A stretch of 64,000 nucleotides of DNA. Origin: Octopus vulgaris. Lineage: Eukaryota. This document shows positions 47,652 through 60,028 of the stretch, piece by piece (position 1 is the stretch's first letter; each line of letters begins with the position of its first letter). The stretch is taken from contig OX597834.1 of the NCBI GenBank assembly GCA_951406725.2, forward strand, positions 23,994,001 through 24,058,000, given 5' to 3'. The translations under genes and the position numbers were made by a program. The notes under the pieces were generated by a model. It had not been told where the DNA came from and made no database searches. It worked only from the letters and a program-made list of their open reading frames with translations.

Positions 47652-49619
47652 TTCTTTATAAAATTGTTTAATATATATTATATAATATATATACTTTATA
47701 TAACATTAAATATTATATATTTTTATTATATAATGAGTTGCAATGACTGATACCTCCTGATTGTAAACGTATGGTGAACCAACAAGAAAGGGTTGTACTT
47801 ACTGACATTGCAGAATATGCTGACTACATGCAATTAAAATAGTTTAAGTTGCAAAAATAAGATTGTGAGTCTTTCAACATCAGAGACGCATGTATTTAGG
47901 AAGATTATTATTTCAAACCAAATATATAAAAACCACTAAGGAAATATCTACTATAGCCATGGATCAACTCATACTTTGTGAGTTAAATTGGTAGATGGAA
48001 ACTGGAAGAAGCCTGTCTCACACACACACACACACACACCATCATCATCATCATCATTGTTTTCATGTTTGCTTTTCCATGCTTGTATGGATAACTTTGA
48101 ACTTACCAAGTGTTACACATTCATATCTATGTGTATGCGTGGGCGTGCGTGTGTGGAATGCATCCCCGCTTTTGGCACTATTTTATAAGTATTACTATGC
48201 TGTGTCTAAGGTATATAAGTACCACTACAGTGAATGTCGGACAGTTGGTGTAACATGCAAAGCGAATAAACACATAAAACGATATATGCCTTTAATTGAG
48301 TTGTCCATCACCCATCAGAACAAAACGACACATAACACCAAGTGTGTCCCTGGTTTTATAATAGGTACATATCATAAAGAGTGAATAAAAGAGCTTGTAT
48401 CCAGAAGAGCATCCACAAAACCATGACTCAGAAAATGTTCCTAAACCATGCCAGCATGAAAGACACAAAGATTAAACAATGATGTAGATGATAATGATCT
48501 TGATGAAAATATAAAATATATCATTATCAATATTTTAATGTCTAATTTTCTATCTTAGCCTGGGTTGTAAAGGTCTCCCATACACCAAAGTATTTCATTA
48601 TTTTTTTGTCTGAGGCCCAGCATCCTGAGATCTAATCACACCATTTCTTTCCACAACCTCCTTTGAGATTTGAGAACAAGGGATGTTTGAATGAGGTTTG
48701 TGTGGCCAGGGTTTCAATTTCCAATAGGATGCAGTTTGGTGAGAAGTAAGGGTAAAGAAGGTTGGAAGGATTGTGAAAAGTTTTTAGTAATGAGAATCTT
48801 CTGGTTATAGAATCAGCAGCTGGCCAGAATTTTGAGTTTTTGAAAAAGAACCAACCAACCACCTACTTCTCGCACAAAAAATATTTTCCTTCCATCACAG
48901 GGGGCTCTTTCACAGTACAAGCTACAAGACAACCCCAACAGTGTTGATGCTACAAAAGGTACCCAGTACACTATGTTAGTGATTGATAATCAATTTGAGC
49001 CCTAACAATGCAGAATTTGAAAGAGACCTTTAGTTTCACTGATGGCAAGACAACCTCTGCTATAAAAAATACACCCAATCCACTCTATAAAGTGCTTGGT
49101 GTTAGGAGGAGCATGCAGCTATAGAAACAATACTGAAATTGAAATTTTGGAACAAGACGTGATCTTCCAACTCACTAAATCCAAGAGAAATCATGAATGA
49201 AAGCAGAGCCACATCTTGAAGAATCCTGCTTTGGCCAACATTATGGTGGATGCTCAAGTGATGATTGAAAGTACCTCTAATGTTAAACCAAAAATATTGA
49301 ATATCTTGAGGAGCTGACAGGAAAATGCTCCAAATTGTTGAGATTATGGACAGCACAGATCTAATATGATTCAGTACCATATAAACTAAGGGTTATCACA
49401 ACTCTTAATATCATTTCTTTATCACTGCATGTATTTGCAGTTCCAATGTTTGGATATAGGGATCTTCTCTGTGCACTCTGGATTCCACATTTTATAAGTA
49501 TGATTTTATTTCCATGAGTGGTTCAACTCCTAACACTTGAGTTTCTACTTATTTTTCTACAGTAATCCGAAAATAAAAGATATTCTCTTCAATAATAATT
49601 TCAAATGAATAAGATGACA

Positions 49620-49828
49620 TGCTGGCAAGAATCTTTAACACACCAGGCAAAATGCTTAGTGGCATTTCATCCATTACATTCTGAGTTCAAATTCCGCCAA
49701 GATTGACTTTTCCTTTCATCCCTTCAGGGTCGATAAAATAAGTACCAGTTGATCACTGGGGTTGAAGTAATCAACTTACCCACCTCTCCAAAAATTGCTG
49801 GCCTTGTGATAAAATTTGAAACCAATAA
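49620..49828 (+). mobile_element. Old SINE family A (older tail)
   Basis: GAGTTCAAATTCCGCC..CCTTTCATCCCTTCAGGGTCGATAAAATAAGTACCAG. Confidence 0.8.
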
Positions 49829-50531
49829 TTCCAAATGGAATAACAGTGTTTCCATTTAGACACCAGTGTGTTCTAAATGCAGGGGAAAACAATTTCATTT
49901 CTTACATGGAAGATAACTTGCCAAGGGAAATCTAACAGTGTTCTATTACACAAACCATACCCTCATTCAAAGTAATTGCAAGTGATTTACAGCTACTCTA
50001 CAGCCTAGGTAACACCAGCTATTCTAACAATATATACCAGAGGAATTCAAAAGCAGCAGAGCTAATGGAAGATTTTATGCTAGACATTATAACTCAGATT
50101 CTAATCACTGACACAGATACATAAATACACACACGTGTGTGTGTGTGCATACAACAGGCTTCTTTCAGTTTCTGTCTACCAAATTCTTTCACAAGAAATT
50201 GATTGTCTCAGAACTACTGTTGTAGACACACAAAATGCCATGCAATGGGACTGAACCCTAAACCACATGAAGAAACACTTCTTAAAGTAGAAAACCGTGC
50301 CTGCACCTACATAAATATATAAATGTAACCACAGGCAAGTATATATATATACTTTATTACTTCTAACCTTATAGCAGTTAGGAATAGCCATAGCTTGGTC
50401 AGTCACTGGTTGGACTTCACTACCTCATATGTTCTTAAAATATAAATCTACATCTTTGTCTGTATATCTACCTTCTCTATAATGTTGCCACTTGATTTGA
50501 AAACTTTTGTATTAATGAAAAACCTCTATAA

Positions 50532-50617
50532 TTGGCTGATGAGTACTCAGCATCTTAAATCTGTTGTAATACTTACAACATTTAATAAAATGATGTAGTG
50601 CGAAACAATTGTACCAA
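50532..50617 (+). ncRNA. Type I hammerhead ribozyme, canonical core, in a Penelope-like pseudo-LTR (~50345-50650)
   Basis: TTGG-CTGATGA-GTACT..AGTGC-GAAAC-AATT-GTA-CCAA; all three helices pair; predicted cleavage after 50613. Confidence 0.8.
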
Positions 50618-50649
50618 ATTACCGGAGTCATTCTTGTTGCTTATTTTGA

Positions 50650-50683
<34 letters not shown>

Positions 50684-51328
50684 TTATACTTACATGCACA
50701 CAAACTAGCACAATATATGTACATTTATAGAAACAGGAACTCTGTGTGTCTGTGTGCATGTTTATTTACATAAAAACTCACACAACCCGTCACATAAAGA
50801 TCAAAGTTGAGGGTTACAGCATACATACACACATGCACAGTGACACTCACAGATGAACACACACCCGCCTTTAGCTATCCACCCAGATACTCAAAGATCT
50901 TTTTTTTATGATACATAAAAGAGTTTATTATATGTTGGAAAAGAGGACTATTTGGTGCCAATAACTAATTTAACATTTTTTTTTCTCTTCTTGCTGAAGA
51001 ATATTGTTAGAGAGGTGTACATCTGCTGTCTGATGCACAACACACATATACATACATTCACAAATATATAGACACAGACACAGAAAAAAAAAATCACACA
51101 TGTGGGTAGAGAACACTCACATAAACACAAGCAATACATACACACACAAACATATATAAGTATATACACATACTGTAACTGATTATATAACAGATATTTG
51201 GTTGGATGTGTATGCGCATGCTTAGATGTCTGTATGTGTGTAGGTTTTTGTGTGGGATTATAAATTTGACTAATATGTTAATGCAAGTCTATAGACTTCT
51301 CTGTGTATGTTGATTACATGTGTGTGTA

Positions 51329-51455
51329 CAGGGTGTCCACAAAGTTTGGGTACATGGGGATTAACACATACTTTAAGAAATTATTATTTCTTATATTTAA
51401 TTGTTTATGTTATGATTTTATTTACTCCATATACCCAGACTTTGTGGACACCCTG
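51329..51455. mobile_element. Tc1/mariner-type MITE (127 bp)
   Basis: TA|CAGGGTGTCCACAAAGT..ACTTTGTGGACACCCTG; ~30-bp TIRs. Confidence 0.85.
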
Positions 51456-51967
51456 TGGAACAGTGTGTAGTGTTTTATATGTGTAACGGTGTATAGTGGT
51501 ATACATTTTAATATGTGTTAGCACAAGTCTATAGAAGTGTGTATGTGTGATAAAGTACACAGGTTGTTGCTATACAGACCCAGTACTCAGTCCTATCATC
51601 AAATGTATTCCAGCCATGACCATCACTACCCTACAAGACTACATTATTCAATCGTCTTTATGTCTACTTTTCTCTACTGACATGGATTAGAGAGGTCATC
51701 ATAGTGTGAATCAGTTCTTATTTGGAGTTACTATCCTCCTAGATGGTTTAGGGGATAGCATCTTGTTCATAAATTTCTTTTCTACAGATTAATGCCCTTC
51801 CTACCACTGACCACTTTACAGAGCCTACTGCTACAGTTTATCATGACACCAGCAACAGAGAAGTCATCTTGTTCTTCACAAGACCAATGTGTCCTCTTTT
51901 ATTAAAGAGGGAAGGATGTGTTGTGTGATTTGAGGCTGTTTGATTGCTGTTTCTGGCAGCTAGCCAT

Positions 51968-52060
51968 CAGGGGTGGGGAAAACCCCGCCCGTGGGAACAA
52001 TTGCGCCCGTGAGCCCATTTTATTGCGCCTGCAGGCTGATATACTCATATGTACAAAATA
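51968..52060 (+). mobile_element. Possible hAT element terminus
   Basis: CAGGGTGGGGAAAA followed by repeated GCCCG/GCGCC subterminal-like motifs; other end not found. Confidence 0.35.
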
Positions 52061-52409
52061 TAGTCAATTTTCAATTATAAAATTTATACAATATTTGTAT
52101 GTCTATTTGTGACATAGGTCATGTTTCCACTACGTCTTAAAATGGTCTGACTCAAACAGAAATCACCCAGCAATTGCCATTTGAATGGAAATTTTGTTAT
52201 AACTATAACACATATTGCTATGTTTGTACTACCCTCTTGAGACCCAACTAAACTCTAGCTGAAGAATATGGAATACCTCATAAGTAATATAAACGTCCTA
52301 AATTCAGTGGCAGCATTTATGAAGATGTTAATTTAATGTGTTAATCTTTATTAATGTATATCGAATTGTACATAGACATATACAAGATTTACACAGATAT
52401 AAGAGTTAA

Positions 52410-52829
52410 GGATCTTTTCGGTTTGAATGGCAGTTTTTTAAAATAATTTCCACGTAACTAAACACTTTTAAACTTCGTATACAGGTAGAATGTGTTTATA
52501 AAACATCTTTTTCTCTTGGCTTTATTGAGAAAATTCTATAGTTTGTAAGCTATTTGTTGTTTTTTTTTTCTTCAATTTCTGCAATTTCAACCAATCAATG
52601 ACGTCTATTGAAGTGAAAACATTCTGTGCCGTATGAATATGTCCCTCGTTTAAGAAACAGATTGGGTTTATTTACACTTCTGAAGAAAAAAAAGATGCCC
52701 TTCACCCCACCCCTAACCCTAACCCTAAAACAGATTGAAATGCAATAGATTGAATCTAGGGTCATAATTATGGGTGACCATTTCATATGACACCGCTAAA
52801 AAAAACTGCCGTTCAAACCGAAAAGATCC
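52410..52829. mobile_element. MITE with ~30-bp TIRs and internal (CCCTAA)3
   Basis: GGATCTTTTCGGTTTGAA.GGCAGTTTTTT ... AAAAAACTGCCGTTCAAACCGAAAAGATCC; TSD unresolved. Confidence 0.85.
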
Positions 52830-53349
52830 TAGTATGCATCTCCAGGTGATGTCTAAATTCAACCTTGTGGTGTATGCACCTTTATTATTGTTCATGTGTC
52901 TGTTCCCATATTTTTTTTATTTATGCATGATGCATGCATGAAATGTTTTTTGTATTTCTGAAGTGTGTCCTTGAGTGTGTGTGTGTGCATGTGAGTGCAA
53001 CTTCCATGTTGCAACATGGAGGTGATGCAGTTTAGTACATCGGTGACTTGGTTCATTAAGTACTTTGGTACATGTGCGCATGCACACACACACACACACA
53101 CACTGAGGCAGTAGTCACATTCATACACTAACATAAAACCAAAACAAGCAAGAGCTTATACTTACACACACACACACATACACACATATCCTACTAAATT
53201 TACACTATGTCTACTTCCACCATATACCTACACTATTCAAGCTAACAATAGTCCTAATGTAGTCCAGAGGGGGTGGGGGAGTTTTTAGTGCAGCCCGGCA
53301 AAAATTTCCAAAGAAAAAGGTCTGCAGGCAGGTCACAAGTTCTAGCTTG

Positions 53350-53576
53350 GGATCTTTTCGGTTTGAACGGCAGTTTTTTTCTAGCAGTGTCATATGAAAT
53401 TGTCACTCATAATTATGACCCTAGTATCGATCTATTGCATTTCAATCTGTTTTAGGGTTAGGGTTAGTTAGGGGTGGGGGTGGGGGAAGGGTATCTATTT
53501 TCTTCACAAATGTAAATAAACCCAATCTGTTTATGGAAATTATTTTAAAAAACTGCCGTTCAAACCGAAAAGATCC
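53350..53576. mobile_element. Same MITE, opposite orientation, internally deleted
   Basis: Same TIRs; TTAGGGTTAGGGTTAG inside. Confidence 0.85.
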
Positions 53577-53792
53577 GCATACTACAGTGCACACATGTAC
53601 ACAAAAAGTAGTGACACAGGTGGGTGCACAGATTGACAGACACACTTACAGCATACCTAGGTACACCCAAACCTACAGTAGATAGAAACATTTATGACCC
53701 CACGACAGATGAAAATACACACATTGAGTTGTAATTTCATTATTTCTCCAATTGGGAGTTTTTTTTTTATTTTCTTTCATTTTTATTGTTTT

Positions 53793-53957
53793 TAGGCGCA
53801 GGAGTGGCTGTGTGGTAAGTAGCCTCTTTACCAACCAGATGGTTCCGGGTTCAGTCTCACTGCGTGGCACCTTGGGCAAGTGTCTTCTACTATAGCCTCG
53901 GGCCGACCAAAGCCTTGTGAGTGGATTTGGTAGACGGAAACTGAAAGAAGCCCGTCG

Positions 53958-53990
<33 letters not shown>

Positions 53991-54208
53991 ATATGCGTGT
54001 GTGTTTGTGTGTGTCCCCCTAGCATTGCTTGACAACCGATGTTGGTGTGTTTATGTCCCCGTTACTTAACGGTTCGGCAAAAGAGACCGATAGAATAAGT
54101 ACTGGGCTTACAAAAGAATAAGTCCCGGGGTCGAGTAGCTCGATTAAAGGCGGTGCTCCAGCATGGCCGCAGTCAAATGACTGAAACAAGTAAAAGAGAG
54201 AAAGAGAT
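53793..54208 (+). mobile_element. SINE family B, full length, ~70-bp flanking duplication
   Basis: 53725-53794 repeated at 54211-54283. Confidence 0.9.
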
Positions 54209-54766
54209 ACTGAGTTGTAATTTCATTATTCCTCCAATTGGGAGTTTTTAAAAAAAAATTTTCTTCCATTTTTATTGTTTTTAATGTGTACATGTTTTTA
54301 ATGTGTAAAATCCTTTGTATATCGTTTGTGTTGTCTTTTAAGTTGTTGCATGTCATTTTATGTTTGTCTATATTAGCCCTTGTGGCCAATAAAAGAATTA
54401 CTATTATTACTATTATTATTATCATTATTTCGAGACGGCGCAGGTGGCAGTGGTTATAGAGGGAGGGAGCACGTTGGGAACCACTATGGTGGTGATGGAG
54501 GGAGGGAGAGAGGGAAATGGTGGTGGTGGTGGAGGGGGGAGAGAGAGAAATGGTGAACATCTTCAAAAAACACACCACTGAATCCACAGATATTGATCGT
54601 TTGAGTAATTCATCATCATCATCACTATCATACTATCATGCATATGCTTTCAATACCTATCCCTTCAAAATGCCAATCACTGCAGTTTGTCCAAATAGAC
54701 ACCACAACACCTGTATTGAGTTCTTTGTCAGTGATACCAGTTGCTTTTTATTTTTGTTTAGAGAGA

Positions 54767-54807
<41 letters not shown>

Positions 54808-55955
54808 TCAGGCATCAAGTCATTTTGTCGGCATGGATATTAACCACCATCACAAACCATTATCACCAGTCATCACTATCATGACTAGTCACTACCACTA
54901 GTCATAACCATCATCATCACTGCCACTATGATCAACACCATAACACCATCACCATAACATACAGTGGTGGTTGTGGTAGTAGTAGTAGTAATAGTAGTAA
55001 CAGCAGCAGCATATCTTACTAACATGAGTACCATGAACACAATATTCGTGTTTCTAAGACATCTGTAGTGGTAAACTGACTCATTATACATGCATACATA
55101 CATATATATGTGTGTGTGCGTGTGTTTATATACACACATACACAAGCACGCGCACAACACATATCTGACACAAAAGGGTGTAAGTACGGAAACAGCTTAA
55201 GAGGATGTGAAACAATGAAGAGGGTACCCTCTAATTTTTATCACCACTACCATCACAACTAAGAGGACCACCACCACCACGATGGTGATGCAACGATGCA
55301 CTTCCAACCTATAGTGTTTGCAGTTCATGGAACAGTGTGATTGCAGCAGATTATACACAAGAATTATACACACACATACACACATACATATATGGTGGTT
55401 GCAAACTCGGGTTTAAATATTGCCATTGCCACACATGCGAAGGCTACGACCAGCCATTTTGTGATAGGTCTTTTTTTTCTTCCGAGCGATGCCTGTGCAT
55501 AATGATTTTTTTTATAGTGAGGAAAAGATTTGCACAAAATTCAATCCCACTCTCTGAACACGGACAGCATAAACTCTAAAAGAACTAGTCCACATCATCG
55601 AATATTGTCAGTGTCGCAGGTTTTCTCTCGGAGTTTCCCTCTCCTAGAGAGATGTGACAACAGAGGGGGCCCCATCCGCGCGCATGGACACCAAGACAGG
55701 TATCTCCACGTCCCCGCGCATACATGTATATATACATACATATATTGTTGGATGGCCTTTGACTTACTCATGGAGTTCTTCCACCTTTTGACAGGTCTTA
55801 TTTTTTACATGAATACATCATACACATACATACATACATACACACAGATTAGGTTTGGTTGTCATCAGCAAGCATTAGACTTAAAATTTTAGTCAAGGGA
55901 ATGAAATAAACACCACAACTTCCATTTCTGCGACACACACACACATATAGACATC

Positions 55956-56191
55956 GGCGAGCTGGCAGAAACGTTAGCACGCCGGGCGAAATGCGTAACC
56001 CGTATTTCGTCTGTCGTTACGTTCTGAGTTCAAATTCCGCCGAGGTCGACTTTGCCTTTCATCCTTTCGGGGTCGATAAATAAAGTACCAGTTACGCACT
56101 GGGGGGGGGGTCGATGTAATCGACTTAATCCGTTTGTCTGTCCTTGTTTGTCCCCTCCTATGTTTAACCCCTTGTGGGCAATAAAGAAATA
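55956..56191 (+). mobile_element. SINE family A, CpGs largely intact
   Basis: Matches the A consensus. Confidence 0.9.
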
Positions 56192-56272
56192 TATATATAA
56201 ACTGAGGAATCACGTGTCTCTGATTACTTTCAATAGCAAGGGTCAAACAGTTGACTAATCAACCACATTAGA

Positions 56273-56374
56273 TTTGTGAGTATGTGTGTGAAAGAGTGTG
56301 AGTGAAGGTGTGTATGTGTGCGCGCACTCACAGACACACCTTCACTCACACTCTTTCACACACATACTCACAAA
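56273..56374. repeat. Palindrome with perfect 41-bp arms and 20-nt centre
   Basis: 56273-56313 is the exact reverse complement of 56334-56374. Confidence 0.95.
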
Positions 56375-57637
56375 CGAAAGATTGACAAACAATAACTAAA
56401 AAAAAACAGTATTTAAGTTATATGAATACATTATGAGATAACGCGGAATAAAAAAATTAAAAAAACTGGTATAACTATTATATTGGTCAAGGTGGGGGTG
56501 TATATACATTCGTATCAGTTATGTGTGTGTTTGTGTCACTGTAAACAGCATTTTATACATACACATATATGCTTACACATACACACACACAGAAACAAAA
56601 TGACAAAAGTAAACATTAAAAATGTAAAACGATATTATTTAGATAAGACCGTGAATGTACACTGTGGCTTTAAACATGATTTCTGGTTTCTATACACACA
56701 CACACAGGGCAAACAGTATTAAAATAAATGTACGTAAAAAGCTATGATAGAAAGCAGTAGAAAAAATATATATCGAGATAAAAGGTTGTATAAGTCAATG
56801 TATTCGTGTGTGCGTCAATGTATGGGTACATTTGTTCATGTATGTATGTATGTATGAGAGGGTGTGTATGTCTGTGTGAATGACAATGTGTGTTTCTGTG
56901 TATCAGTGTATAGGTACATCTATGTATGTGTTTGTGAGTGGCTGTGTAAGCGCAAGTGTGTGTAAGTTTAAGTACGTGAACGTGCAACTGTGTATGCGTG
57001 GGTTTAATAACTGTGTATAAAGCATGTGTGCAACAGTGCCCGTGTAATTCCAGTGTGTATATATATATATAGAGAGAGAGAGAGCATATAAAACAATGTA
57101 ATATACAGTTAACCATCTTCAAGAGAATTTGCTCGACTAAAAGACTGGAAGCTTGACATGGAAGTTGCGCTGCTATTTCAGTGTCTCTCACCTCTAATTG
57201 GTCGTTAGACATGCTAGAAATAATAGCTAAACCTCCCTAAAATCAGAAAGTGTGCCGAAGAACGAAAAACACTGAATGTCGTTCGTAGTACAGAAAAAAA
57301 AGACAGGGCTGCCTCCGATGTAATGCAATGTATGTTGTCATTCAGGTATGTTTAAAGGAGACTTACCAAGGGTTAAACAAGTACATGCACCCGTGAATAC
57401 ACCCGCACACTATGTATAGATATTACATAATTTATACACGTTTATACTTTCTTATAAATTAAACATACATCAGAAACAGAACTGTATATTTCTAGTGTTT
57501 ATAACAGTGTATATATCATATATATTGACATGTATGTATATATTATTACACATACATCACTTTTCTCTGTAATTTCCATAGATTAGTTATTCGATTTACG
57601 GCATTTAGTCACACATACACACCCATACATACATGTG

Positions 57638-57674
57638 TATATACACATATATGCACAATTCTGCCCAATCTATA

Positions 57675-57715
<41 letters not shown>

Positions 57716-57751
57716 ATGTATACATATATGCACAATTCTGCCCAATCTGTA

Positions 57752-57788
<37 letters not shown>

Positions 57789-57860
57789 ATGTATACATAT
57801 ATGCACAATTCTGCCCAATCTATAATGTATATATATATAAAATGTATGTATACATATAAT
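57638..57860. repeat. Three-copy tandem repeat with a variable (AT)n core
   Basis: CATATATGCACAATTCTGCCCAATCT.TAATG occurs three times. Confidence 0.9.
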
Positions 57861-58164
57861 GTATGTATGTATGTATGTATATATATATATATATAATGTA
57901 TGTGATTACACACATACACCCCCACATGTACTCTTTCTTCGTTGATATGAAATACGTTCAATAAAAATTATTATTCCCATTCCGTTCGTTCGAATGTTTG
58001 CAGATGCAACAATGTATGTACAAACTGCTGGGTGTATATTTAATTAACGACACACAAACAGCGTGTATATTTAATGATACGTCTATTTCAATGTGAGACA
58101 GTATGCGCGTGTGTGTGACAAGAACATGTATGTATATTTAATAACAAATGGTTGTGTGTGTGTG

Positions 58165-58211
<47 letters not shown>

Positions 58212-58409
58212 AGATAAAGCTAGACAGACAGATAGATAGATACATAGATAGATAAGATATATTATGTGTACATATTTCAATGTATCTAATAAAACAAATC
58301 ATCCGTCTATTTAACAAGTGTGTGTAGATATATTTAAAGAGCAACATATAGAAGTGTATTTAAGAAAATAAGACCAAACCTGGATATTGAACAAGCAGAA
58401 GGTCTATTT

Positions 58410-58774
58410 TATCTATCTATACATACATACATATATATACATATACATCTATATATATACATACATATACATCTACATATATATACATACATATATATAC
58501 ATATACATCTATATATACATACATATATATACATCTATATATACATACATATATATACATCTATATATACATACATATATATACATCTATATATACATAT
58601 ACGTACATATATATACATACACATAGATATACATATATATACATACACATAGATATACATTTACATACATATACATACACATAGATATACATTTACATAC
58701 ATATACATACACACACACATATATATATGTATATACATATATATACATACATATATATACATATATATATATAA

Positions 58775-58815
<41 letters not shown>

Positions 58816-58946
58816 TATATATATATACACACATATATATATACACACACACACATACACACACACACATATATATATACATATATATATATACACATAT
58901 ATATACACACACATATATATATATATATATTCACAAACACACACAC
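58410..58946. repeat. Long compound (TA/CA) microsatellite
   Basis: Direct reading. Confidence 0.95.
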
Positions 58947-59345
58947 CTGTGTGCGTGGGCACTGGAATATTAGTTGTGTTTGCACTGAACAAAGAAAATT
59001 GTTAATTACCGACGGCGATGAATTATATATCGTGAAATCAATCCAAAAACTAGTAAAGCGTTCGCCATTCGAAGACGGCATTGAAAGCCGGTCATCAGAG
59101 TCGGAATATTTCCTCCCCCTCCGTCTTCTTCAACAAATCGAGGGAAGAAGATGAAGCTGTGATGCTGCTACTGTAGTACTAACACAAGCGTATGAAAGCA
59201 GCTTCCCTCCTGACGGTGACAAAGATGAAGATGTCGGTACCCATTGTCAGATGTAGTGGCTGCCCACTTACTGATGTGGTACCAACTCACAGTCGGAGGC
59301 TGGGTAACTACGTTTAACGATCTTGTCAAAGGTACCCGATGTGGT
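58947..59345. promoter_or_regulatory. Candidate promoter/first-exon region (unique, CpG-rich)
   Basis: Non-repetitive and CpG-dense relative to the rest of the window; donor-like sites on both strands; no recognisable protein. Confidence 0.3.
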
Positions 59346-59605
59346 ATATAGGTGGGTGTTTAACCCCCCAGGCCAGCTGTATGTAACTAGAACTGCATCA
59401 TCCAATGTATCCGTCCTATTTAACACAATGGATTATGACTTAAAATGTGTATTGGCTGTTATTTCTAGCATGTTAAGCGACTAATTACCATGACTTGCTC
59501 GACAGGGAAAAAAAAAATGACGTGATGGTGACTGTTGGAATAATTTTGGTCCGGAAATAAAATATGCCTTGACCAAAATTGGTGAATTACCCAAGCATAT
59601 ATATC

Positions 59606-60028
59606 TATTTCTTTACTATCCACAAGGGGCTAAACACAGAGGGGACAAACAAGGACAGACAAACGGATTAAGTCGATTACATCAACCCCCCAGTGCGTAA
59701 CTGGTACTTGTTTAATCGACCCCGAAAGGATGAAAGGCAAAGTCGACCTCGGCGGAATTTGAACTCAGAACGCAACGATAGACGAAATACCTGTTTCTTT
59801 ATTACCCACAAGGGGCTAAACATAGAGGGGACAAACAAGGACAGACAAACGGGATTAAGTCGATTACATCGACCCCCCCAGTGCGTAACTGGTACTTTAT
59901 TTAATCGACCCCGAAAGGATAAAAGGCAAAGTCGACCTCGGCGGAATTTGAACTCAGAACGTAGCGATAGACGAAATACTGCTAAGCGTTTAGCCCGGCG
60001 TGCTAACGTTTCTGCCAGCTCGCCGCCT
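59606..60028 (-). mobile_element. SINE family A dimer
   Basis: Junction GAAATACC|TGTTTC at ~59791. Confidence 0.9.

Noticed and set aside
11801-59081. Numerous YI/CV/HT/poly-V/poly-T/FL-rich ORFs
   Set aside because: Products of (TA)n, (CA)n, (GTA)n, (GAT)n and (TTTC)n microsatellites.
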